NCBI GenBank assembly: GCA_033762295.1
Contig: JANRLW010000016.1
Location: forward strand, 1-24,396
DNA from: Capsulimonadales bacterium
GTDB lineage: Bacteria > Armatimonadota > Armatimonadia > Armatimonadales > Armatimonadaceae
Direction: 5' to 3'
Length of the DNA: 24,396 nt
Shown one piece after another: positions 1 through 8,692 of this stretch (its first letter is position 1; each line of letters opens with the position of its first letter). A program made the position numbers and the translations under genes. Under the pieces are notes generated by a model. That model was not told the DNA's origin, ran no database searches, and saw nothing but the letters and a program-made list of their open reading frames with translations.

Positions 1-769
1 AACCGTCCGGCCGAAGACCGCTCAGCACGGCATGGACGACGTACTTCCCATCGTTCGGGAAACGGTAAACCGTATGGAATGCCTGCGGAAGCGTGAGCCC
101 CTCCTCATCGTATTGCGCCGGTATCTTATCCGGCGGCACCGCGTCCTTTCGGGGTGACCGCAGTTCGACCAGCCGGATCGGCGTCCTTTCCGGTCCGAAA
201 ATCGCCTCGCGCGCGACCTGTTCGGCGGCCGTCAGGTACTTTTCGAGGAGCGGAGGCGAGAGCGACAGCACATCGCCGATGTTGTCGAAACCGTACCCGG
301 AATCATCCTGGGGGAAATCATCAGCCGGGCGAACGGTTACCCCGAGCAGGTCGCGGACCGTATGGTTATATTCGACCCGGTTCAATCGCCGGGCGGTCAC
401 CCGACCGGCACGTGGACGCACCGCCTTTTCCTGACGCGTTATTTCGTCAAGGACCCAGGTCGTGACCGTTTTCGTCCGGACCGGGTCGGGGCGAGGAGAT
501 CCGGGCGGCGGCATCTGACCGGTTCGAATCCGCGACACGAAATGCTTCCAACTGTCGGGATCCTTTTGCAGAGAGGCAGCCGTCAGAAATCCGTCCAGTT
601 CCAGTCCGGCGCTCGCCGCTCCTTTCGTATGGCAGCCGAGACAGTGCTGACGCAGGAACGGCGCGACCGTACGCTCGAACGTCGTTTCTTCGCCGGAGGC
701 GGACCCTACGGTCGGTTGAACAGCCAGCAGGATCGCCAACGGCAACAGGGCGATAAGCCATCGTCTCAT
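1..769 (-). CDS. Exported cytochrome c (planctomycete PSCyt-type) / DUF1587-DUF1592-family protein, N-terminal part; runs off the window
   Basis: Not in the ORF track; translated by hand from ATG 769 (ATGA overlap with the upstream stop), open to the window edge. Sequence MRRWLIALLPLAILLAVQPTVGSASG (signal peptide)...FERTVAPFLRQHCLGCH (CxxCH at 629-643)...GQMPPPG...RRLNRVEYNHTVRDLLG...FPQDDSGYGFDNIGDVLSLSP (DUF1587-type motif). Confidence 0.85.
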   Translation of the reverse strand, partial: MRRWLIALLPLAILLAVQPTVGSASGEETTFERTVAPFLRQHCLGCHTKGAASAGLELDGFLTAASLQKDPDSWKHFVSRIRTGQMPPPGSPRPDPVRTKTVTTWVLDEITRQEKAVRPRAGRVTARRLNRVEYNHTVRDLLGVTVRPADDFPQDDSGYGFDNIGDVLSLSPPLLEKYLTAAEQVAREAIFGPERTPIRLVELRSPRKDAVPPDKIPAQYDEEGLTLPQAFHTVYRFPNDGKYVVHAVLSGLRPDG

Positions 770-1650
770 CGTTTCAGGTACCCCAGATCCGCCAGCCATT
801 CCTGAAAGCGGATATGCCATGTGCCAAACGGAATTCCCTTACGTTCGCCAATCGCCCCGCCATGCCCACCGTGACCGTAGATGTGCAGTTCGACGGGTAC
901 GCCGGCACTGAAAAGGAGGTTGTAATACTCGACCGTTTGTTTGGCGTGGAACGCATCGTCGAGTCCCGCACTGGTCAGGAACGCCGGGCCGGCATCCGCG
1001 GGAATGGAAAAGTTCATCGGCGCCCACCCGGCATAGACCAGAGCGACGAAATCAGGACGACAACTCTCGCGCTCCACCGGGTCCGTCGCTTCCGGTTTTC
1101 CGGGATCGTTCCGCATATGCACCAACGCGGCCAGTGCCCCTCCCGCCGAAAACCCGAGAATTCCGACCCGTTTGGGGTCGATTCCCCATTCCTTCGCACG
1201 GTTCCGCACCAGACGGAAAGCGCGCCGGGTATCCTGGAGCGCCTCCCCCTCGACCGTGTACCGGTATCCGGGCGTGAAGGCAAGACGATATTTGAGGACG
1301 GCCGCCGCGACGCCCCGTTCGTTCAGCCATTCGGCGATGCGCAGACCTTCGTTCGGCCAGCCCAGTTCGCGATGCCCGCCTCCGGGCGCGACGATGATCG
1401 CGGTTCCGGTTGCCTTCTCCCTGGCCGGAAGAAAGACCGTAATCGTCGGATTATGGACATTGCGGATGTTGTAATACTGGCCCGGTTTCGGATCCGGCGG
1501 GGTCAGAATCTCTTTTTCGTTCTGCCCCTGCAGTGTCGGCGAACCGGGCGGATAGAGAGAAAGTACCACCGGTTCCTGCGCCCGGACAATCCCGATCGAC
1601 AGAACCGGAGCGAAGAAAACGAAAAAGATCCTTGCGAACAATCTCATCAT
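766..1650 (-). CDS. Exported alpha/beta hydrolase (carbohydrate esterase/lipase-like)
   Basis: 294 aa with signal peptide. PGGGH oxyanion loop, GFSAGG nucleophile elbow, candidate Asp (GLDD) and His (GGHGG) of the triad. Confidence 0.88.
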   Translation of the reverse strand: MMRLFARIFFVFFAPVLSIGIVRAQEPVVLSLYPPGSPTLQGQNEKEILTPPDPKPGQYYNIRNVHNPTITVFLPAREKATGTAIIVAPGGGHRELGWPNEGLRIAEWLNERGVAAAVLKYRLAFTPGYRYTVEGEALQDTRRAFRLVRNRAKEWGIDPKRVGILGFSAGGALAALVHMRNDPGKPEATDPVERESCRPDFVALVYAGWAPMNFSIPADAGPAFLTSAGLDDAFHAKQTVEYYNLLFSAGVPVELHIYGHGGHGGAIGERKGIPFGTWHIRFQEWLADLGYLKR

Positions 1651-1812
1651 CGATCCTGTGGTGACCTGTTCGTTGTCACCGGAAATAGTTCATCGCGTTC
1701 GCCGGGACAATCGCCGAACGCCTAAACGGATTATAGTCGCAAATTCGGAGTTTTCGGCCGTTTTCGAACGTATAGAGAAAAAACCGCCTTCGGAAAACGT
1801 TTCGCCCCTGGC

Positions 1813-4194
1813 TCAGGCGACCGGCGGACGAAAACCCCGCAGGCGCAGGCTGTTCGTGACGACGGAGACGCTCGAAAGGCTCATGGCCAGACTGGCGATG
1901 ACCGGCGAAAGCAACCAGCCCGTCCAGGGGTAGAACAGACCGGCCGCCAGCGGAATGCCCAGAGCGTTGTAGACGAACGCCTGAAACAGATTCCACCGGA
2001 TGGTTCGCATGGTCGCCCTCGACAGCGCGATCGCCGTGACGACCCCGCGCAGGTCGCCGCGTACCAGGGTGATATCCGCCGTCTCCATCGCGATATCCGT
2101 CCCCGTACCGATCGCCATGCCGACATCGGCCAGAGCGAGCGCCGGAGCATCGTTGATTCCGTCTCCGACCATCGCGACGACCTTCCCCTCGGTCCGGAGC
2201 CGACGGATTTCTTCCGCTTTCATTTCCGGAAGCATTTCCGCCCGGAACTGCGTGATTCCGACCGTTTTCGCCACCGCCGCCGCCGTACTCGGGTGATCCC
2301 CCGTGAACATGACCACCTCGATACCCATCCGGCGCAATCCGGAAAGGGCCGCGACGACCCCGGGCCGAACCGGATCGGCGACGGCGATCCACCCCGCCGG
2401 AACGCCGTCGGACGCCACATACATCGGCGTTTTGCCCGCCTCCGCCAGCGCCCGAATGGCCGACTCCCAACGCTCGAACCGGACACCGTGTCTTTCCATC
2501 CAGCGTTCGTTGCCAAGCAGGATCGTGCGTCCTTCGATGTTTGCCTTAATGCCCCGTCCGGGCGTCGCCTGAAAATCCGTTCCCTCCGCCAGCGACAGCC
2601 CTCGTTCACCGGCCGCTCGAACGATCGCCTCGCCGAGGGGATGTTCGCTGCCCCGTTCCGCCGACGCAATCAGGCGCAACAGTTCCTCCTCCCCGATATC
2701 GCCCACCGATACCAGATCGGTAACGACCGGACGCCCCTCGGTGATCGTCCCCGTTTTGTCCAGGACGACGGTCCGCACCTGATGGGCTCGTTCCAGCGAT
2801 GCCCCGCCCTTGATCAGAACGCCCAGTTCCGCGCCACGCCCGGTCCCGACCAGAATCGCCGTCGGTGTCGCCAGTCCCAGAGCGCACGGACAGGCGATGA
2901 TCAGCACGGCGACAAAATTCATCAGGGCGAACGTAAAGCGGTTTTCCGCCGGTCCGAGCAGGAGCCAGACGAGGAAGGTCACGACGGCGATACCCAGAAC
3001 GACAGGTGTAAATACGCCGGAAATGACGTCCGCCAGCCGGGCGATCGGAGCCCGATGACCCTGCGCCTCCTTCACCAGGCGGACGATCTGTGCCAGAACC
3101 GTATCGCCGCCGACCCGGGTCGCGCGAAATCGGATCGCCCCGGTACGATTCATGGTAGCCCCGAAGACGTCCGCGCCAACGGTCTTCTCCACGGGCAGGC
3201 TTTCCCCGGTCAGCATCGATTCATCGACCGTGGTCCTGCCCTCGACGACGACGCCATCGGTTGCGATCTTCTCGCCCGGACGGACCAGCACGATATCGCC
3301 GACCAGGACCTGCGCGATCGGCACGTCCGTCTCCCGACCGTCCCGCAACACGCGCGCCGTCTTCGCTCGCAACCCGATCAGCTTACGAATCGCCTCCCCG
3401 GTCTGCCCCCGCGCCCGCGATTCGAGCAGGCGGCCGAGCAACACCAGGGCGATGATCACCGCCGCCGCCTCAAAGTACACCGGAACGGAGTCGCTCATCG
3501 GCATCGCCGAGTGCGGCGCACCCCGTGTCGGCGGAACGGCAGGAACAAACAGGAAGGGGAACAGGGTAGCCACGGTCGAATAGAGAAAAGCCGTGCCGGT
3601 TCCCAGCGAAATGAGCGTGTTCATGTCGGCGGCACGGTGCCGGAACGCCGCCAGAGCCGCCCGGTAGATCGGCGCCCCCGCATACAGGACGACCGGAGCC
3701 GTCAACAAAAACTGGACCCCGTTCATCCCCGGAAAATCGATCCGCCCATGGGACATCGCCAGTACGAGGACGGGCAACGACAGGACCGCCGCCACAAGGA
3801 AACGTCGAAGCGTATCGCGGAATTCCGCCGCATGCGCCTTCTCGACCACCTCCGATTCCTCGATCGTCTCAGCCCCGTCCGCCCGGTCGTCGGACGCCGC
3901 CCCGCTTCCCGGCGGCACGGCCGGCGCGGACCGCACGACGCCGTAGCCGGCGTCCTCCACCACCCCCGCAATCGTCGCCCCGTCGACCTGGTCGGGATCG
4001 TACCGGACGGTCGCCTCTCCCGTGGCAAAGTTGACGTTCGCGCTACGGACGCCGACCCGGCGGTTCAGCACCTTCTCGATCCGGCGGGCGCAGGCGGCAC
4101 ACGTCATTCCGGTCACCGGAAAACGGCTGACCCCCTCGCCAACGCGTTCCGCCGCGTCAGGTCGATTTCGTTCCTGCAAATCGCTCGCCATCAT
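1813..4194 (-). CDS. copA: Cu(I)-translocating P1B-type ATPase
   Basis: N-terminal HMA motif GMTCAAC, TGES, CPC, DKTGT phosphorylation site, [13 protein letters not shown], and the YN and MSLSS transmembrane Cu+ ligands. Confidence 0.96.
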   Translation of the reverse strand: MMASDLQERNRPDAAERVGEGVSRFPVTGMTCAACARRIEKVLNRRVGVRSANVNFATGEATVRYDPDQVDGATIAGVVEDAGYGVVRSAPAVPPGSGAASDDRADGAETIEESEVVEKAHAAEFRDTLRRFLVAAVLSLPVLVLAMSHGRIDFPGMNGVQFLLTAPVVLYAGAPIYRAALAAFRHRAADMNTLISLGTGTAFLYSTVATLFPFLFVPAVPPTRGAPHSAMPMSDSVPVYFEAAAVIIALVLLGRLLESRARGQTGEAIRKLIGLRAKTARVLRDGRETDVPIAQVLVGDIVLVRPGEKIATDGVVVEGRTTVDESMLTGESLPVEKTVGADVFGATMNRTGAIRFRATRVGGDTVLAQIVRLVKEAQGHRAPIARLADVISGVFTPVVLGIAVVTFLVWLLLGPAENRFTFALMNFVAVLIIACPCALGLATPTAILVGTGRGAELGVLIKGGASLERAHQVRTVVLDKTGTITEGRPVVTDLVSVGDIGEEELLRLIASAERGSEHPLGEAIVRAAGERGLSLAEGTDFQATPGRGIKANIEGRTILLGNERWMERHGVRFERWESAIRALAEAGKTPMYVASDGVPAGWIAVADPVRPGVVAALSGLRRMGIEVVMFTGDHPSTAAAVAKTVGITQFRAEMLPEMKAEEIRRLRTEGKVVAMVGDGINDAPALALADVGMAIGTGTDIAMETADITLVRGDLRGVVTAIALSRATMRTIRWNLFQAFVYNALGIPLAAGLFYPWTGWLLSPVIASLAMSLSSVSVVTNSLRLRGFRPPVA

Positions 4195-4203
4195 CCGTTT
4201 CCT

Positions 4204-4232
4204 ATCATACTCCCCGGGGGTATATCCTTGAA
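4204..4232 (-). promoter_or_regulatory. Proximal copA promoter containing a CsoR operator
   Basis: Minus strand TTCAAG(4232-4227)-N17-TATGAT(4209-4204). Pseudo-palindrome ATACTCCCCGGGGGTAT at 4207-4223. Confidence 0.65.
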
Positions 4233-4235
4233 TGT

Positions 4236-4264
4236 AATATACCCCGTGGGGGTATATTTGGCAA
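4236..4264 (-). promoter_or_regulatory. Distal copA promoter containing a CsoR operator
   Basis: Minus strand TTGCCA(4264-4259)-N17-TATATT(4241-4236). Inverted repeat AATATACCCC-GTG-GGGGTATATT at 4236-4258 has the TAC/C-tract...G-tract/GTA form typical of CsoR/RcnR operators. Confidence 0.8.
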
Positions 4265-4275
4265 ATTGGAGGAGG

Positions 4276-4572
4276 CTATTTGAGGAATCGACCGAGAACC
4301 GAGCGGACCTCGGCCATCAGTTCCTCCCGGGACATCGGGCGGGCGCATTCATGCTCCGATCCCGTTCCATGACCCACGACACAGGATTCGATATGTTCGG
4401 TCAGGAGTTCGATTCCCAGAGTATCGAGGGCGGAACGGGCGGCGGCGATCTGCGTCAGGATATCGACGCAGTACCGGTCCTCATCAATCATCCGCGCGAT
4501 CCCTGCGACCTGTCCGCCGATCCGGTTCACCCGATCTTTCATCCGCTTTCGTGGTTCCGTATTCGCTTTCAC
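4276..4572 (-). CDS. csoR: Copper-sensing transcriptional repressor, CsoR/RcnR family
   Basis: 98 aa: RVNRIGGQVAGIARMIDEDRYCVDILTQIAAARSAL...EHIESCV, giving the Cys-His-Cys ligand set. Adjacent to copA. Confidence 0.93.
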   Translation of the reverse strand: MKANTEPRKRMKDRVNRIGGQVAGIARMIDEDRYCVDILTQIAAARSALDTLGIELLTEHIESCVVGHGTGSEHECARPMSREELMAEVRSVLGRFLK

Positions 4573-4578
4573 GTCGTC

Positions 4579-4607
4579 ATCATACCCCGTGGGGGTATGT
4601 TCGGCAA
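4579..4607 (-). promoter_or_regulatory. csoR promoter containing a CsoR operator (autoregulation)
   Basis: Minus strand TTGCCG(4607-4602)-N17-TATGAT(4584-4579). CATACCCCGTGGGGGTATG at 4581-4599; its 17-bp core is identical to 4239-4255. Confidence 0.8.
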
Positions 4608-4613
4608 GGAACG

Positions 4614-4645
4614 AAAAAGGCCCGCAGTCCTGGCGAACCGCGGGC
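4614..4645 (-). terminator. Intrinsic terminator closing the lacI-pilin operon
   Basis: Minus strand GCCCGCGGTTC-GCCA-GGACTGCGGGC (11-bp stem with 2 G-U pairs) followed by CTTTTT. Lies about 100 nt after the stop at 4747 and just upstream of the csoR -35. Confidence 0.75.
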
Positions 4646-4746
4646 GAAAAACGTTCCTTAACGGAGCGTTCGAAATCTCAAACCGATTTTACCGCACATT
4701 TACGAGGGCAGACCGGTTTGATCCGTTTTCCGCGACAACCCCTCTC

Positions 4747-6714
4747 TCAGATCGGGGCGACACGGTAGGTCGAAACCCCGAGAACCAGTCCGAGCAACGC
4801 CCACAGGCTGCCGGAGACGTAATCGCCCAGAATCAGCCCGACGAAAAACGGAAACGCCGCGCGGTACGCCCGCATTCCGCCATAACGCAGAATTAATCCC
4901 TTGATCATCCACCCGAGAAGCGTTCCCGACCAGAGCCAGGGCATCGTAAAGGTCCCGGCCAGCGCATACCCGGTCGGGTGGAACGGCCACCAGAAAAACT
5001 GGGCACGCCCGATCGCCAGCAGACAGGTGATCAGAACGCCCGCCCCGACTCCGCCCAGGCGCGGCCAGTCCCATTTGCCCGGATCGGACATCCAGCCGTT
5101 CAGGATGTTCCAGGGCGTATTGCCCATCGACGTTCGCCACTCGTCGACATTTGCGGACGATGCGCCGAACCGGTAATAACAGCTCAGTATCGAAACCCAG
5201 GCGGCCAGCACACCGACGACGCTCGCGACCACGATGGCCAGGCCGATCTGGCGCGGTTTTAACCGGGCCTCCTGCGCCAGTTTCATCGCTTCGAACTGGT
5301 TGGGCATGACGGTCGTTCGGTAGTCCAGGTCCATCCATTGAAACTGAGTCAGTCCGACCAGATTGGCCATGCCGGGTGACTGGGTTCCGACCGTCGCCGC
5401 AATCAACTGGTGTGGGGTCATGTCCGGTCCGAAACTCCACGGCAGGCCCGCCTCGGCGCGTATCCGCGTGTAGGTGATGATAACGAGAAAATAGAGGAGG
5501 AAAAAGAGCAGGCCGATACCGGCGGACAGACCCACCGCCAGGCCGAATCCGGTCAGGGCCAGCAGGCCGATGGCGACGCCAAAGACCGCGGTCCGGTAGG
5601 ACAACGGCTCATCGCGGTCATCGAAGGTCCCCGCCGTTCCCGGCCTAAGGACGGTTCTCCACACCTGTTTCAGGTAATCCCGCATCCCCCAGAGCGAGAA
5701 CGCCGCCAGACCCAGGAACGCCCCGAGCGCCTGTTCCCCGTAATACGGCATCCGGGCAAGCGTCGGACTTGCCCCCTCGCTTCGAAAGCCGAACGCCGTC
5801 ATCAAAACGTCCTCCGCCTTGCGGACGAAGAAGAAAAACCAGGCTGAAAACGAGACGTCCAGCGGTAGCAGGTACACGACGCCGATCACCATCGGATAAA
5901 ACCCGAGTTCCATCGTGCCGATCGCGTTCCACGGCGACGAATAGAACAGACCGCCCTGCTCGGGATCGATGATCCGCAGGGCAGGTTCGCTCGGCTTGAT
6001 CGGCAGATACGGGATGGACGGATACAAAAACGCGATTCCGGCCAATGTCTGTAGCGCAAACGCGGTCAGAAAACCCAGCCACATCGTCTTGCTGGAAAAG
6101 AACCCCCGCGGCCCGGTTCCGGTCAGCGAGGGGCGCGTCATTTCCAGCGGCAAAATGATCAGCGGAAAGGTCAATCGCTCCTGTTCGATCCAGCGACGGC
6201 GCAGGATCGTGTTGACGCAGAGCATGACAAAAAGCAGGGCGACGATGAACGCCGACCAGAAAACGATCGGGGACAGCCAGCCGCGGAGATGTTCCGCCGT
6301 GAAGAAGGTCGACTCCCCCCGGTAGAAGTCAGGCAGGACGGACGGGTCGGGAAAGGCGAAACGCCGCAGAAACGGGTGAATCTCCGCCGCCCATTCGTTC
6401 TCCGGCGTCGCAAAATGAAATATGTTCGCAATTCCCATGTTCAGGAACTGCACCATACCGACACTGCTGATCGTGATCGACGTCGTCTGGAAGATATAAA
6501 GGAAAAGCAGTTCCGCCTGGGTGAAGGCGTGGCGCGGCAGCCATCGCTTCAGAGCGGCGTTGATGCACAGCAACACCATCAACAGAAAGACGACGGCGAT
6601 CGAGAGCGACATGACCGCCAGTTCGGTCGACTGGGCAACCACATCACTGTAGACATTCCAGAAACAGAGTATCGGAATGAAGAGGATGCCCAGCAGAAAC
6701 GCGCGCCCCGTCAT
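4747..6714 (-). CDS. Polytopic inner-membrane protein, DUF6785/DUF6784-type (putative transporter, possibly distantly OPT-like)
   Basis: 655 aa with many hydrophobic helices. Recognised motifs RRRWIEQERLTFPL, TRIRAEAG, WWPFHPTGYA, RYGG...Y...PFFVGLILGD. Confidence 0.75.
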   Translation of the reverse strand: MTGRAFLLGILFIPILCFWNVYSDVVAQSTELAVMSLSIAVVFLLMVLLCINAALKRWLPRHAFTQAELLFLYIFQTTSITISSVGMVQFLNMGIANIFHFATPENEWAAEIHPFLRRFAFPDPSVLPDFYRGESTFFTAEHLRGWLSPIVFWSAFIVALLFVMLCVNTILRRRWIEQERLTFPLIILPLEMTRPSLTGTGPRGFFSSKTMWLGFLTAFALQTLAGIAFLYPSIPYLPIKPSEPALRIIDPEQGGLFYSSPWNAIGTMELGFYPMVIGVVYLLPLDVSFSAWFFFFVRKAEDVLMTAFGFRSEGASPTLARMPYYGEQALGAFLGLAAFSLWGMRDYLKQVWRTVLRPGTAGTFDDRDEPLSYRTAVFGVAIGLLALTGFGLAVGLSAGIGLLFFLLYFLVIITYTRIRAEAGLPWSFGPDMTPHQLIAATVGTQSPGMANLVGLTQFQWMDLDYRTTVMPNQFEAMKLAQEARLKPRQIGLAIVVASVVGVLAAWVSILSCYYRFGASSANVDEWRTSMGNTPWNILNGWMSDPGKWDWPRLGGVGAGVLITCLLAIGRAQFFWWPFHPTGYALAGTFTMPWLWSGTLLGWMIKGLILRYGGMRAYRAAFPFFVGLILGDYVSGSLWALLGLVLGVSTYRVAPI

Positions 6715-6724
6715 TTTCCGGAGT

Positions 6725-8683
6725 TCAATCCTCGCCGATCGGAAGCGGATAGGTCTCCCAGTCGAGCACGACGCCCAGATACCGGTCCTTTTCGTTCAAC
6801 AGGCCGTCGTACGCGGTGGCGAGTTGCCCGCCCGGCAACACATGAGTGCGGAGCGGAAGTACCTGAAGAGCGCCGTCGACGATCATTCGCAGGATCAATT
6901 CGGCGTTCCCTTCGGTCGAAACCGTCGTGCTGTTCCGCTTCATCAGGGGAATCTTCCACTCCAGCGCCCCGATGATCGAAATTCCGCGGAAGTGGGCCCG
7001 TTTGAGCGCGACCGTGCAGTCGGACCGGTACTCGGCGCGAGGCGTCCCCAGCATCACGACCTGTCCGTTATCGGCGACGAGATGGACCGCCTGTTCCACG
7101 ATCCGGGAATCGCCGACCGCATCGACGATTACCGACGGTTGCGTACCGCCGCCGATCTCCCGGCTGCGCTTCGACCGTTCCGCTTCCGACACCGAAACGA
7201 CGTCCGGCAGGTAATCGCGGGGATCGAAGGTCGCGGCGAACCCGACCTGTTCGGCCAGGGCACGTCGCGCGGGCGACAGGTCGAGTCCGATGACCCTCTG
7301 ACCGGCGCGAGCGAAAAACTGGCCCGCAAGGTTGCCGACCTGTCCTAGACCGACAATTACCACGGTTTCCCCGAGCGAGACCCTCGCCCGCTGAATCCCG
7401 GTGATGGCGACGTTCGCCACTCGCGCCATGACGGCGGTCGAGGAGTCGAGCTCCTCCGGAACCGGGACACAGAGCTGCCACCCGGTGTCCAACAGGGCAT
7501 GCGAGGCATGGTTCAGGATGCCGTAGACCCGCATTCCCGGCTGTAAGTGCCGCGGCGCATGCGGACCGACCGCCAGCACCTCCCCGATTCCGCCATATCC
7601 CGGACGCCACGGATAGTAACACCAGGCTCCGGGCACCCGCGTGTCCGACTCCAGGCCCGTATAGTTGGCGAGTTCCGTACCCGCGCTGATGATCGTCCGG
7701 AGCGTTCGAAGCAACACCTGCGATCCCTGTGGCGCGGCAGGAAGGGAAAACCATTCGAAGCGCAGCGTCCGTTCGGCGACGATATTGGCCCGGACGCCAT
7801 CGACCACCGACGCTTCCGCTCCGGGAACGATCCCCGCCCGATCGAAGACATGGTTCATCGCCCATGAGACCGCATTCAGGCGGTCGGCATCGCTCGCCAT
7901 CGTCCCCAGGTCGGCGTCAAACGGTTCCGGTGCCACCGGTCCGTCGTACCCGATCCGTTTCAGCGCGCGGAGGAATGGGGCGATCGGAATGATACCCGTC
8001 GCACCGGGCATCTTTCGACGCATGTCCTCCTGTTCGTCGATCGGAATGCCGGCCGGGGCGTCGTTTACATGCACGTACACCACCTGCTCAGGTTTGAGCG
8101 CCAGTATATCCTCGACGGTTCCGCCCGACGTGTACCAGTGCCAGGCGTCGAGAAGAACGCCGACATTCGGTCCGATCTCCTCCGCCAGGGCCAGCATTTC
8201 GGCAAGCGTCCGGATAAACGGGTATCGCTTGCCGTCCAGCAACGTTTTCGGCCCGAGAAACTCCGTACCGAAACGGATGCCGTGCTGATTGAGAATCGCG
8301 GCGATCGGGCGCAGACGTTCGATGTGGAACCGACGGTTCGCCTCGAAATCCAGGTCGTCCGAGTAGGATAGCACCCAGGTCATGGCGCGGGTCACCCCGA
8401 GCGCCTGAGCGGCGGCCGCCTGCCGGGGAAGTTGCTCCATCCCTTTGTGCCAGTCCGCCTCTCCTGCCCGCCAATCGAACGGGATCAGAAAGCCGGCCGG
8501 GCGAACTCCGGCGTTTCGAAACAGACCGCAAACGGCCTCCGCCCCGCGCTCCTCGACCAGCGCGGTGACCTCCGGGAGGTAAAGTTCCACCCCCTGAAAC
8601 CCGCCCTGCAGCGCGGCGGCGATCGCTTCTTCCGTATTATTCACGCGTACGCCGACCGCGTACGCCGCCAGTGTCTTGTACAT
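6725..8683 (-). CDS. Fusion of a xylose-isomerase-like TIM-barrel sugar epimerase/isomerase (aa ~1-285) and an MDR-family dehydrogenase (aa ~293-652)
   Basis: N-half has metal ligands E(FLG), D(AWH), H(VND), E(PF) and RKMPG.TG. C-half has ISAGTE...PGY GroES-like domain, GLGQVG Rossmann motif and DAVG. No stop between the two halves. Confidence 0.85.
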   Translation of the reverse strand: MYKTLAAYAVGVRVNNTEEAIAAALQGGFQGVELYLPEVTALVEERGAEAVCGLFRNAGVRPAGFLIPFDWRAGEADWHKGMEQLPRQAAAAQALGVTRAMTWVLSYSDDLDFEANRRFHIERLRPIAAILNQHGIRFGTEFLGPKTLLDGKRYPFIRTLAEMLALAEEIGPNVGVLLDAWHWYTSGGTVEDILALKPEQVVYVHVNDAPAGIPIDEQEDMRRKMPGATGIIPIAPFLRALKRIGYDGPVAPEPFDADLGTMASDADRLNAVSWAMNHVFDRAGIVPGAEASVVDGVRANIVAERTLRFEWFSLPAAPQGSQVLLRTLRTIISAGTELANYTGLESDTRVPGAWCYYPWRPGYGGIGEVLAVGPHAPRHLQPGMRVYGILNHASHALLDTGWQLCVPVPEELDSSTAVMARVANVAITGIQRARVSLGETVVIVGLGQVGNLAGQFFARAGQRVIGLDLSPARRALAEQVGFAATFDPRDYLPDVVSVSEAERSKRSREIGGGTQPSVIVDAVGDSRIVEQAVHLVADNGQVVMLGTPRAEYRSDCTVALKRAHFRGISIIGALEWKIPLMKRNSTTVSTEGNAELILRMIVDGALQVLPLRTHVLPGGQLATAYDGLLNEKDRYLGVVLDWETYPLPIGED

Positions 8684-8692
8684 TCGTTGCCT

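Noticed and set aside
1730..1735. TATAAT on the minus strand upstream of the hydrolase gene
   Set aside because: No acceptable -35 at 16-18 nt and no extended -10 TG; a plausible promoter but unsupported.
2293..4896. 867-aa plus-strand ORF
   Set aside because: Antisense shadow of copA/csoR caused by GC-rich codon bias; no recognisable domain, and it crosses the CsoR operators.
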